A stretch of 64,000 nt of DNA from Salinivirgaceae bacterium (GTDB taxonomy: Bacteria > Bacteroidota > Bacteroidia > Bacteroidales > SZUA-534). The position numbers and the translations under genes are program-made. Under the pieces are notes generated by a model. The model had not been told where the DNA came from. It saw only the letters and a list, made by a program, of their open reading frames with translations, and ran no database searches. The stretch is from contig JAKSOL010000010.1 of the NCBI GenBank assembly GCA_024405635.1, forward strand, positions 42,182 to 106,181. The letters run 5' to 3'. Within the stretch, counting starts at the first letter, position 1, and each line of letters starts with the position of its first letter. Of this stretch, positions 47,813-57,632 are shown piece after piece.

Positions 47813-47922
47813 AAAACAATGCCGCAAGATACGATTTATTATTAAAAACAAAAATAGCACGCTGACAATTTCAGATTATTATTAGTTTTACGAGCGTATT
47901 ATTGTTAAGAAATCTTACTATT

Positions 47923-48300
47923 ATGAATTCACACACTCCAACAGTGTTAATTGTTGACGACTCATCAACTAACAATATATTGTTGCAGTCAGCACTTAGT
48001 GTCAATAAACTAAATGTTGAAATTGCCACAAGCGGCGAGGATGCCCTTGAGATTCTAAAAAGAAAGAACATAAATACTGTTGTTCTTGATGTTATGATGC
48101 CAGGAATGTCGGGATTTGAAGTTCTTAAAATAATTAAAGAGACTCCAAAAATTGCCCAAATACCTGTTGTTATTGTTACTGGAGAGAGCATAGGTGGAGA
48201 GCGTGAAAAAGCCGAAGAACTTGGAGCTAGTGCTTTCTTTGCAAAGCCAATTGCACTCAAAACTTTAGTTACAAAAATCATTGAGTTGGCTGTAGTATAA
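47923..48300 (+). CDS. Single-domain response regulator (receiver)
   Basis: VLIVDD, LDVMMPGMSG, IVTG and FAKP; ATG at 47923. Confidence 0.9.
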   Translation: MNSHTPTVLIVDDSSTNNILLQSALSVNKLNVEIATSGEDALEILKRKNINTVVLDVMMPGMSGFEVLKIIKETPKIAQIPVVIVTGESIGGEREKAEELGASAFFAKPIALKTLVTKIIELAVV

Positions 48301-48323
48301 TACTTGCCTCTTTTCTTTAATAA

Positions 48324-50186
48324 ATGAATTATCTTCAAGCTGAATCTATAACCAAATCGTACGGTGATTTGGTTCTTTACTCCGACTTAAATTTCAGCGT
48401 TGAAAAGGGGCAACGTGTAGCTATTGTTGCCAATAATGGAGCAGGAAAAACATCGTTACTTCGCATATTAGCTGGAGTTGATCAACCTGACACTGGCAAT
48501 GTTATTATTCGTAACGACATTAGTTTAAGTTACCTTCCACAAGAACCGTTTTTAAATGCCAATCTAACTGTATTGGAAGAGGTGTTTGCTTCGGCAAACC
48601 AAACGATGCTTGTTATAAAAGAATTTGAAGAAGCTTGCCTTTCTAGCGACACACAACGAATTGACAAAGCCACTCAAGCTATGGAAAATGCCAATGCTTG
48701 GGATTATGAAGTTAGGATAAAACAAACATTATCAAAACTCAATATCACTAACTTTTCACAACCAATTAACGAGTTGTCTGGTGGGCAAAAAAAGCGATTG
48801 GCATTAGCTAAGGTGTTAATCAACGAACCTGATATTCTAATACTCGATGAGCCTACCAATCACCTTGATTTGAATATGATTGAGTGGCTTGAAGATTTGC
48901 TTAACGCATCAAAAAGCACACTAATAATGGTCACTCACGATCGTTATTTTCTTGACCGCGTTTGCAACATAATTTACGAGATTGATAATCGTCAAATTTT
49001 CAAATACAAAGGCAACTACTCATATTATCTTGAAAAACGCGAAGAACGTATTACCAACCAAAATATTGAGATAGAAAAAGCGCGCCAGTTATACAAAAAG
49101 GAACTTGATTGGATAAACCGAATGCCTCAAGCTAGAGGTACAAAAGCCAAATACCGCATTGATGCTTTTGACGATATTAAAGCCAAGGCTTTTAGCGAAG
49201 TAAAACGTCAAAACTTACAAATTGACATGCAAGGTTCGCGACTTGGAAACAAGATTATCGACATTTTCAACATCAGCAAAAAATATGGAAATAAAGTGCT
49301 TCTAAATGATTTTAGCTACAAGTTTATGCGTGGCGAAAAAATTGGAATAGTAGGAGCAAACGGTATCGGAAAATCAACCTTGCTAAATATAATAACTGGT
49401 GCAATAGAATACGATTCGGGACATATCGAAATAGGGTCAACACTAAACATTGGTTACTACAAACAAGAGCATTTGCCTCTTAACGAAAACAAACGAGTAA
49501 TTGAGATTATTCAAGAAATTGCCGATGATATTGACATGAACGATGGCCGTCATTTATCGCCAACACAATATCTCAACTACTTTATGTTTCCACACGACAT
49601 GCACTACTCTCTTGTTAGCAAGTTGAGTGGCGGCGAGCGGAAACGACTATACCTTATGACTGTGCTGATGCACAACCCTAACTTTTTGATTCTTGACGAG
49701 CCAACTAACGACATGGACATTCTGACACTCAATGTGTTAGAAGACTTTTTGCAACAATTTAATGGTTGCGTAATAATAGTTTCGCACGACCGATACTTTA
49801 TGGACAAAGTTGTTGACCATTTGTTTGTGTTTGAGGGAGATGGCAAAATCAAAGATTTTCCAGGAAACTATACTCAATATAGAGAATGGCGCGCAGCAAA
49901 AGACGAAGCAGAAAAGCAGAAAAAAACCAGTAACATCAAACCTCAAAATGTAAAAGAGCGCTCAACTGAGAAGAAAAAAATGTCGTATAAAGAGACTAAA
50001 GAATTTGAACAATTGAGCACCGACATTGAAAAACTTGAAACCGAAAAAGCTGAAATAGAAAATTTGCTTTCAGGCGGTGAATCTGACGCTAAAAAAATAA
50101 TGGAGTTATCTCAAAGGTTTGATTTGATTGTAAAAGAAATTGACTCAAAAACTGAGCGTTGGCTCGAGCTCAGCGAGCTTTGCTAA
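48324..50186 (+). CDS. ABC-F family ATP-binding protein (Uup-like)
   Basis: ANNGAGKTS, LSGGQKKR, GANGIGKST and LSGGERKR; C-terminal KMSYKE...RWLELSE. Confidence 0.93.
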   Translation: MNYLQAESITKSYGDLVLYSDLNFSVEKGQRVAIVANNGAGKTSLLRILAGVDQPDTGNVIIRNDISLSYLPQEPFLNANLTVLEEVFASANQTMLVIKEFEEACLSSDTQRIDKATQAMENANAWDYEVRIKQTLSKLNITNFSQPINELSGGQKKRLALAKVLINEPDILILDEPTNHLDLNMIEWLEDLLNASKSTLIMVTHDRYFLDRVCNIIYEIDNRQIFKYKGNYSYYLEKREERITNQNIEIEKARQLYKKELDWINRMPQARGTKAKYRIDAFDDIKAKAFSEVKRQNLQIDMQGSRLGNKIIDIFNISKKYGNKVLLNDFSYKFMRGEKIGIVGANGIGKSTLLNIITGAIEYDSGHIEIGSTLNIGYYKQEHLPLNENKRVIEIIQEIADDIDMNDGRHLSPTQYLNYFMFPHDMHYSLVSKLSGGERKRLYLMTVLMHNPNFLILDEPTNDMDILTLNVLEDFLQQFNGCVIIVSHDRYFMDKVVDHLFVFEGDGKIKDFPGNYTQYREWRAAKDEAEKQKKTSNIKPQNVKERSTEKKKMSYKETKEFEQLSTDIEKLETEKAEIENLLSGGESDAKKIMELSQRFDLIVKEIDSKTERWLELSELC

Positions 50187-50209
50187 TAACTTAGCAAATT
50201 CTATTCATT

Positions 50210-51091
50210 ATGAAAAAGCCTACTTTTCTTTTATTGTTGCTAACCATTTTGTTTTGTAATAGCTCCTTTTCCCAATTTCAAAACGATGATAAACTAACAA
50301 TAAAATCGCCCCGAGAAGTTAGAGCCGGCAGCAATTTTCAAATCACTTTTATAATTCAAAAGAACCAATACCATGGCAATGTTCGCTTGCAGATTGAAAT
50401 TCCGCAAGGTTTTACAGTAACTGCAAAGAGCAACGACAACTCAATTTTCAGGTTTGAAGACCAACGTGCCATTTTTCAATGGACAAACTTACCTTCTGTT
50501 CAAGATGACGATATAAAAGTATCACTTCAAGTTTCATCTGACCAATCAATGTTGGGATATTCAGTTTTTAGGCCATCAATTGTTGAAATAATAAACGGGG
50601 AAGCTATTCGCAACGATTTTACAGCTCACGCTATTATGATTACCGAACCAGACAAATCGGCCTCTGAACTAAAAAAGAGTAATGCAAAAACGAACTACTC
50701 ATTTGACGAAATTCAGAAAGAAGGATTATGCTGCATACGACAAGTTCCTTTTGACAATGATGGTGAGATAATTGTAAACATACTAGTTAGCAAAGGTCAA
50801 AACACTAACTATGGTAAGGTTCAAGAAAAAGTACCATACGGGTACATAGCTTCAAACATTGATAGCAAAAACGGCATTTTTGTGTTCAATCAAACACAAA
50901 ATTTGGTTAAGTATATGTGGATGAACATGCCAACTGACGAACAATTTATTATCAGTTACAAACTAACCCCCACTAACAATGTTCGCAAAGAACAAGCCTT
51001 TGTAATTCAAGGAGTTTTTTACTACACTGCCGACAACCAAACCAAAAGTGTAAACATTCAGGAACGAAGAATTGAACTAACACAAGAATAA
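50210..51091 (+). CDS. Exported hypothetical protein with two tandem beta-sandwich repeats
   Basis: Signal peptide; internal duplication (IPQGFTV..F.WTNLP versus VPYGYIA..YMWMNMP). Confidence 0.75.
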   Translation: MKKPTFLLLLLTILFCNSSFSQFQNDDKLTIKSPREVRAGSNFQITFIIQKNQYHGNVRLQIEIPQGFTVTAKSNDNSIFRFEDQRAIFQWTNLPSVQDDDIKVSLQVSSDQSMLGYSVFRPSIVEIINGEAIRNDFTAHAIMITEPDKSASELKKSNAKTNYSFDEIQKEGLCCIRQVPFDNDGEIIVNILVSKGQNTNYGKVQEKVPYGYIASNIDSKNGIFVFNQTQNLVKYMWMNMPTDEQFIISYKLTPTNNVRKEQAFVIQGVFYYTADNQTKSVNIQERRIELTQE

Positions 51092-51738
51092 TGCAGCGCA
51101 CCGAACGATATAAGCAAGTTATTAAATGGTTTGAACTTAATATGCCGGTTGCGGAGACCGAACTCAACTACGCAAATGCTTTTCAGTTACTTGTAGCTGT
51201 AATTCTTTCGGCTCAATGTACCGACAAGAGAGTAAATATGATTACTCCAAAACTATTTGAAAAACTACCCGATGCACAAGCCATGGCAAACGCAACTATC
51301 GACGAGATTTTTGAACTAATTCGTAGTTGCTCATATCCAAACAACAAGGCAAAACATTTAAGTGCTATGGCTAAAATGCTTATAAACGATTTTAACGGCG
51401 AAGTTCCAAGTGACATAAACGAACTTCAAAAATTACCGGGAGTTGGACGAAAAACAGCAAACGTTGTAGCTTCGGTCCACTTCAATATTCCAGCCATTGC
51501 TGTTGATACTCATGTATTTAGGGTTTCTGCCCGATTAGGATTAACTGTCAATGCAAAAACTCCACTTGCAAGCGAAACTCAACTAAAAAAATATATTCCA
51601 AAAGACATTTGGGCTATAGCGCATCATTGGCTAATATTGCACGGTCGTTACGTTTGTGTGGCACGAAAACCCAAATGTAATACTTGCGGACTATCAAACT
51701 ATTGCGCTTATTTTGAGCAAAACAAAAATGAAGAATAA
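51091..51738 (+). CDS. nth: Endonuclease III
   Basis: LSAQCTD, HhH LPGVGRKTA, AVDTHV and Fe-S motif CVARKPKCNTCGLSNYC. Confidence 0.97.
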   Translation: MQRTERYKQVIKWFELNMPVAETELNYANAFQLLVAVILSAQCTDKRVNMITPKLFEKLPDAQAMANATIDEIFELIRSCSYPNNKAKHLSAMAKMLINDFNGEVPSDINELQKLPGVGRKTANVVASVHFNIPAIAVDTHVFRVSARLGLTVNAKTPLASETQLKKYIPKDIWAIAHHWLILHGRYVCVARKPKCNTCGLSNYCAYFEQNKNEE

Positions 51739-51880
51739 ATTAACCACCATACTTATTATCATCGCAACAACCTTTGTTACAAGCAGTTGTGTTTCTCAAA
51801 AAAAAGCACATGGCTATGCCCCATGTAATTGCGAGGTTATTGATAATCAAAGCGAGCGAGTTCCTTACACTCAACGATAG
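51728..51880 (+). CDS. Small (50 aa) putative lipoprotein
   Basis: ATG 51728 overlaps the end of nth; MKNKLTTILIIIATTFVTSS-C lipobox-like signal; mature part has PCNC. Confidence 0.6.
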   Translation: MKNKLTTILIIIATTFVTSSCVSQKKAHGYAPCNCEVIDNQSERVPYTQR

Positions 51881-51882
51881 AA

Positions 51883-53211
51883 CTACAATTTAATTGAATT
51901 GAAAAATTCAAAGATTATTTGTGCAATTTCGTCTTTTCTGAAACCTATCAAATCTGAATGACCAGTTTTAGTCAGTTTCTTAAACTGAAATCCACGTTTA
52001 TTCAAATCGCTGTGTTCAGTTTCAGACAGTTGTGATACTGCATCAAAATCGCCCTCAATTATTAACGACGGGCAGTTGAAATTGAATGTTTTATTTGCAG
52101 TTATAGCCCCCAAACCAACTGGCGAAAACCATGTATTTACAACGTTGAGCATTTCACAACAACTTGATGAAACTGCGTTTTGCGACAAATAACGTTTTGC
52201 AACCACATCGCCCAACAATATGTTTTTTGAATACACACTACAAAACTTGCTATAATCAACTTTAATTGAATTCCAATCACCATTCTCTATCTGGTTACAA
52301 AAATCAACAAGTTGATTCATATCATTATAAGTATATAATTTTGAGAAGATGTAAAGCAAGAAACGAACACGGTTAAATCCTTGTTTTTCAGCATCATCAA
52401 CTTTTGATTGTAAATACTTCAATGGATTTACTTTAGTGGCATTAAACTCACTTTTTGCAATTCGCAACCCTATGTTTTCAATCTCATTTTCTGAAATACA
52501 AAAGTCGTTCAGTTTGCGAGGAGCAATAAGCACATTAGCCGCTAATTTATTAGGAAACAACTCGTTATACCGTTGAGCAATCATTGCGCCATAGCTAAAA
52601 GCCACCACACAAATACGTTCTGCGCCAATGTTGCGTCGCACATCTTCAATGTCTTGTACAACCTCATCAATAGTATATCCCGACACATTTATCTGATTTG
52701 ACTGCCATTGTTTTTGTTGATTGTTATATGCCTGGGCTACTTTTAAAGCAAAATTATCAATCGAAATATCGGTGGAATTAAACACCGAAATCATATCAGG
52801 ACAACTAAGTTTTGTTGTGCCATCAACTCCCCTATATCCCACCATCACTAGTTGATGATGATAAGCTAATGTGTCAAAAAAAAGATTTGTACTAATATTT
52901 GTTTCACCAGGCCCCCCCCCGAGAATAAAAACAGGAACTCCACAATCAAAGTCCAAAGATTGTGTACGAACTACAGGTATTGAAATAAGTTTTGAATTTT
53001 TTGCCTGGCGCATTTCGCAAGCAACCAATGTACCATATTGAGCATCAATACCATTAAAAACTCCCTTATTCCACTCAACTTGACCAGATTTGCCAATAGC
53101 AACAACTTTTTGGCTTTCAGGATTATAAACCTGAGCAAAACAAGGACAAAAAAAAAGGCTCACAAACCATAATAATATCAAGTTTGTGAGCCTCATTTTA
53201 TATAAAGTCAT
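51883..53211 (-). CDS. Alpha/beta hydrolase (TAP/tripeptidyl-peptidase-like), exported
   Basis: ILGGGPG, YRGVDG, nucleophile elbow AFSYG, EGDFD and TGH. Confidence 0.8.
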   Translation of the reverse strand: MTLYKMRLTNLILLWFVSLFFCPCFAQVYNPESQKVVAIGKSGQVEWNKGVFNGIDAQYGTLVACEMRQAKNSKLISIPVVRTQSLDFDCGVPVFILGGGPGETNISTNLFFDTLAYHHQLVMVGYRGVDGTTKLSCPDMISVFNSTDISIDNFALKVAQAYNNQQKQWQSNQINVSGYTIDEVVQDIEDVRRNIGAERICVVAFSYGAMIAQRYNELFPNKLAANVLIAPRKLNDFCISENEIENIGLRIAKSEFNATKVNPLKYLQSKVDDAEKQGFNRVRFLLYIFSKLYTYNDMNQLVDFCNQIENGDWNSIKVDYSKFCSVYSKNILLGDVVAKRYLSQNAVSSSCCEMLNVVNTWFSPVGLGAITANKTFNFNCPSLIIEGDFDAVSQLSETEHSDLNKRGFQFKKLTKTGHSDLIGFRKDEIAQIIFEFFNSIKL

Positions 53212-53586
53212 TTAGTAGGCTATCAATTCAAAATCAACATCAACAAGGTCTTGATATGAATCGCCAGCATCTGACATATCTTCATCTCCGTCCATATAAT
53301 ACCATTTAACAAGGACTTTTTTTCCTGCATTTTTTGCTTCTTGAAAATGCTCTAGTATGTCCAAAATTTGCTTTGACGATGCAGAATTAAAATAAATCAT
53401 ACGAAATTCTACAACTGTTTCATCGTTAGCATCTTTTGCATATTCCGAAATCCAATCAAGAATTGGTCGGTAAAATGATTTAACATCCTCTGGCAACGAT
53501 TTTCCAGAAAATTTAAACTCGCCAGTATTTTTATCAAGCAACACTTCTGGACTTTCATCGGTTCCAGTCAGTTTCAATTGGTCCAT
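53212..53586 (-). CDS. SiaC/DUF1987-family regulatory phosphoprotein
   Basis: TDESPEV, SGKSLPED, FYRPILDW, YFNSASSK and VKWYY...DEDM. Confidence 0.88.
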   Translation of the reverse strand: MDQLKLTGTDESPEVLLDKNTGEFKFSGKSLPEDVKSFYRPILDWISEYAKDANDETVVEFRMIYFNSASSKQILDILEHFQEAKNAGKKVLVKWYYMDGDEDMSDAGDSYQDLVDVDFELIAY

Positions 53587-53709
53587 AATTCAGATTGTTT
53601 TATGCAAAACTAACATTTGAAAGTAACATAACAAGTGTATTTTATATTTTTTGGTCAAAACAATTATTCAAAACACAACAAACGCATTTAACCTTATACA
53701 CAATTATAA

Positions 53710-55797
53710 TTATACGCATCCCCACAATTTGCGCAAAAACCACTCAACAGCCAACAAGAGTAAAATCAACCCCAACAACCATGTTTGACTAATGATTGGA
53801 CTATTTGTAATTACAGAACTACTTGTGGTTACAATATTGTTGTTTGATTCTATTGCTTGCTGAATAAATTCAATGCTATCGACAGAAAACATTTTTCCTC
53901 CACTTTCGGTTGAAAGTTGAAACAATAGATTGTGGTTTGCTTGCAAATTTCCCATTTCAACCAATTCGTCAACAACCACAAACTTTCCACGTCGCACCAA
54001 TTGTTCTGTTCCAATTTTAGCAGTGGCTACATACTTGTACTCGCCCGCCTGCTTGCGCCCTGCATTCAAATGAAAACCATTGTCGGTTGCTACAAATTCA
54101 GTTGTTAACACAACCCCATCATTATCAATTATTTGCATATCAATTTGAGCATCACTCACAGGTTCAAACGATTGGTTTAATAATTGAGCATCAGCAACTA
54201 CATTAGCAAAGGTTGTGTATTGAGTTGCTATATTTAACGAGAAACGTTCCTTTTGGTCACGATTGCACAAATATTGTAACAATTTGCTTATCAGTTCGTT
54301 AGTTGCATCATGGTTTGCCGATTTAGAGAATTCTTCAAGTCGCCAACGCCACATGCCCTCTCCTGCTATAACTCCAATTTTTTGATTAGCCGATTGTTGC
54401 AACCACACAAGTGGTCTTTTTGTTTGTACACCAGAAATTTTTTGATAAAAAAGCACCTGATTATCTGGCACTTCGGCATAATTACCATAAGGTACATGCA
54501 AAGGTGGAAGTACATCGGTTTGATAGGATTCAAAACCTACGTTAAACCAATTGAAATATGTATTCTGCACAGGAAAAGCATTGTCATATTCTTTTCTAAT
54601 TTGCTGAATATCAACACCTAAATTTAATTTAGACAATTGTGCAACATCGGTCAAATCGCCGATTATAAGCAAAATGGGGATATTGGTATTTTTAGTTTGA
54701 TTTATTATTGACTCAATATTGAATTTAGCAGAAGGCAATTGGTGCAGCACAACCAACGAATAATCGGTTATTGGTAATGGAATTTTGTTAGGGTTAGTAA
54801 CTGTAATATTAAAACGTTGCGACTTGCGCATTGCTTGAACAAACGCCGAGGCGTCGGGATGTGGGCCACTCTGCAAAAACAAAACATTTTGCACTTCGTT
54901 TTTTACATCTATCACAACATGACGTTTGTTATTAGCCACGTTTACATCAACACTTGGAGTGTCAACTGCTATTGTGTAATGATGCACTCCTAATTCCGCT
55001 GTTTTGGTTTGAAAGACAACTTTGCTAAATGAGTTATTTTGCGACACATTAACTAACTGTTTTGCAATCTGTTGTCCGTTTTCAAACAATCTAACAGCAT
55101 AATTGCGCATGGGTACATTGTGCCATTTTACACCAACTGAAATTGGAAACGACACGTCTTGAAAACATACACGATTGTAATCGAGTGTTGCTATTGCAAT
55201 ATCAGATTGGGGAGTTGTATCGCCCAACGCAATTGTATAAATAGGATACGCGATTGTTTGAGATGCCAGCATTGGATCGGCGCCTTGGTTTACAATACCA
55301 TCGGTTGCAACAATTAAAGCCCCTACATTTTGTCCATAATAGTTTGATTGTATCCACTCAAAAAGGTTAGCAAAATTGGTGCTAGTATGATTGAATTTAT
55401 TTAAAGCATCTACCTCTACCCTATCACCAAAAGCTACTTTTTTTACTTCATACTTTTTCGATAAAGCATCAACACTTTCTTCTATTTTATTGAAAACCAA
55501 ATTTTTATAAACAGAAGAATCAGAAGTTGCTAAAACTGACTGCGAATTATCTTGTGCATAAATAATTATTGGATGATGCTGAATGTTTGAACGTTTTTTA
55601 AAAGAGAAACCAAGTAACAACAACACCACCATTAAGAATGTCAACAACCGGCAGACTGAAAGTACAATACGCTGATTTTTATTAAGTTGAGCAACAGAAA
55701 CGCCTCTCCAATACTCAAACCATATTGCCAAAACAACCACCACACTAGCAATTACTGCCAGCGCTATTGAAAAACCAAAACCGATTTGAAGAATCAT
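53710..55797 (-). CDS. vWA-domain membrane-anchored protein
   Basis: Two N-terminal TMs; MIDAS DNSQS and ATDG; GMWRWR; C-terminal TM LLAVEWFLRK. Start likely ATG 55797, since the track version overlaps fabG. Confidence 0.8.
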   Translation of the reverse strand: MILQIGFGFSIALAVIASVVVVLAIWFEYWRGVSVAQLNKNQRIVLSVCRLLTFLMVVLLLLGFSFKKRSNIQHHPIIIYAQDNSQSVLATSDSSVYKNLVFNKIEESVDALSKKYEVKKVAFGDRVEVDALNKFNHTSTNFANLFEWIQSNYYGQNVGALIVATDGIVNQGADPMLASQTIAYPIYTIALGDTTPQSDIAIATLDYNRVCFQDVSFPISVGVKWHNVPMRNYAVRLFENGQQIAKQLVNVSQNNSFSKVVFQTKTAELGVHHYTIAVDTPSVDVNVANNKRHVVIDVKNEVQNVLFLQSGPHPDASAFVQAMRKSQRFNITVTNPNKIPLPITDYSLVVLHQLPSAKFNIESIINQTKNTNIPILLIIGDLTDVAQLSKLNLGVDIQQIRKEYDNAFPVQNTYFNWFNVGFESYQTDVLPPLHVPYGNYAEVPDNQVLFYQKISGVQTKRPLVWLQQSANQKIGVIAGEGMWRWRLEEFSKSANHDATNELISKLLQYLCNRDQKERFSLNIATQYTTFANVVADAQLLNQSFEPVSDAQIDMQIIDNDGVVLTTEFVATDNGFHLNAGRKQAGEYKYVATAKIGTEQLVRRGKFVVVDELVEMGNLQANHNLLFQLSTESGGKMFSVDSIEFIQQAIESNNNIVTTSSSVITNSPIISQTWLLGLILLLLAVEWFLRKLWGCV

Positions 55798-55871
55798 ATA
55801 AAAAAAAATTTGGCTAATAAACACAAAAAGGTTTATCAGCCAAAATGTAAAAAGTAACAACGGAACAATTA

Positions 55872-56618
55872 TTACATATTCATGCCGCCACAAACATGCA
55901 ACACTTGTCCAGTAACATAAGCTGACATTTCGCTAGCCAAGAATGAGCAAACATTTGCAACATCCTTAGGTTTACCACCTCTACGCAATGGAATATTTGC
56001 AGCCCAAGCAGCACGAACCTCCTCTGGTAAAGCAGCTGTCATATCGGTTTCAATAAAACCAGGAGCAATTGCATTGCAACGAATGCCACGAACACCCAAT
56101 TCTTTTGCAGCCGACTTGGTGAAGCCAATAATACCAGCTTTTGATGCTGAATAGTTGCATTGATTAGCATTGCCAGAAACACCAACAACGGAGCTCATGT
56201 TGATAATACTACCTTCAGCTTGTTTCCACATAATAGGTTGAACTGCTTTTGTCATGCAGAATACCGATTTTAAGTTTACTGTAAGTACTTGATCCCATTG
56301 CTCTTCAGTCATACGTTTCAATGCAACATCGCGAGTGATACCTGCATTGTTTACCAAAACATCAATACGACCAAATGTTGCAACAACATCTTTCACTAGT
56401 TCAAGCGATGCTTCAACATTTGATGCATCAGTTGCATAAAATTTAGCCTTAGTACCAGCTGCATTCAATTCATCTTCAAATTGTTTTACTGCATCTGTAA
56501 TGTTTGTGCAAGTAAGAGCCAATTGAGCACCTTCAGCAGCAAATTTTTGAGCCACAGCCTTGCCAATTCCACGCGATGCTCCTGTAATAAGAGCAACTTT
56601 TCCTTCTAATAATTTCAT
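55872..56618 (-). CDS. fabG: 3-oxoacyl-ACP reductase
   Basis: TGASRGIG, NNAGITRD, NYSASKAG and PGFIETDMT. Confidence 0.95.
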   Translation of the reverse strand: MKLLEGKVALITGASRGIGKAVAQKFAAEGAQLALTCTNITDAVKQFEDELNAAGTKAKFYATDASNVEASLELVKDVVATFGRIDVLVNNAGITRDVALKRMTEEQWDQVLTVNLKSVFCMTKAVQPIMWKQAEGSIINMSSVVGVSGNANQCNYSASKAGIIGFTKSAAKELGVRGIRCNAIAPGFIETDMTAALPEEVRAAWAANIPLRRGGKPKDVANVCSFLASEMSAYVTGQVLHVCGGMNM

Positions 56619-56848
56619 AATCAAGTTTTTAATTATCTAAATGTTATTCGGTTTCTTTTTTTTAATTGTACAAAGCAAAATTCGTGCCTTGTATGTCTTA
56701 TTAAAAAAAATGAACTAACACATACACAATATCGTAATTAAACTAACGTAGTTATAAGCAAAAACGGATTATTATTTTTATTGCAGTTCAATTAAATGTT
56801 ATAGTTTTGTCGAACTTTTTGAAAATACCACAACAATACACATAACAA

Positions 56849-57568
56849 ATGAGAAAAAGATTTTTTCTGCTATCGCTGATTCTATTTGTATTTGCAGGTT
56901 CAGCAAACGCTCAACTTGAAGAGTACATCACTTTTGGTATAAACGGCGGTATCAATAAGAACATCAACGGATATAAAAAGGATAAAGACTATTACGGCAA
57001 CACATTTAGTGATGGTTTGATTGCTTATAACTATGGTCTTGATTTTGGTATTAAAACAGGTAAACGTTTCCGCACCCGTATGGAAGTTCGCTCAATTGAG
57101 TTCCACTACGTAGCAAAATGGGACACTGCTGGAGTTCCTCTACAACGTAATCCTTACGAAACTCGCGTTAAAGTTTGGAATATGGACATTGTTCTTCGTG
57201 GCGACTATTTGCTTGCTCAAACCGAAAAAACAAAACTTTTTGTTTCTCCTTCGTTTATGTGGGAATTCAACATTGACCGCGAGTGCAAAAACATGCTTAC
57301 AAAGGCTCCTAACGATAAATTTAACCCATACCGCGATGACTACCGCGATGACTTCAGTTTCAAAAAATACAACGATATTCACCGCGAAAACCCTAACCAC
57401 ATTTTGGGTAGTTCAGTTGCTTTGATTTACAAATACAAATTTGCAAAGCATGTTGGTATAACAATTACCCCAGAGTACACAATCTTCTATCGTGAAATGG
57501 TTCGTACAAACTACGGAAAACCTTATCAACGTTTAACTTTGAACGCTGGTCTTGAATTTAGCTTCTAA
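56849..57568 (+). CDS. Outer-membrane beta-barrel protein
   Basis: Signal peptide, alternating beta strands and C-terminal GLEFSF. TAGTTTTG -7 box at 56802-56809. Confidence 0.7.
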   Translation: MRKRFFLLSLILFVFAGSANAQLEEYITFGINGGINKNINGYKKDKDYYGNTFSDGLIAYNYGLDFGIKTGKRFRTRMEVRSIEFHYVAKWDTAGVPLQRNPYETRVKVWNMDIVLRGDYLLAQTEKTKLFVSPSFMWEFNIDRECKNMLTKAPNDKFNPYRDDYRDDFSFKKYNDIHRENPNHILGSSVALIYKYKFAKHVGITITPEYTIFYREMVRTNYGKPYQRLTLNAGLEFSF

Positions 57569-57588
57569 TAAAAAAACAACTTCATATT

Positions 57589-57618
57589 AAAGCTCGATGT
57601 TATAATCGAGCTTTTTTT
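57589..57618 (+). terminator. Intrinsic terminator
   Basis: AAAGCTCGAT-GTTATA-ATCGAGCTTT followed by TTTT. Confidence 0.85.
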
Positions 57619-57632
57619 ATACCCTTACACAA

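Noticed and set aside
31358-50186. The two ABC-F genes as antibiotic-resistance (ARE) determinants
   Set aside because: Both look like housekeeping ABC-F types with C-terminal coiled coils and sit in a core-gene context with no mobile elements.
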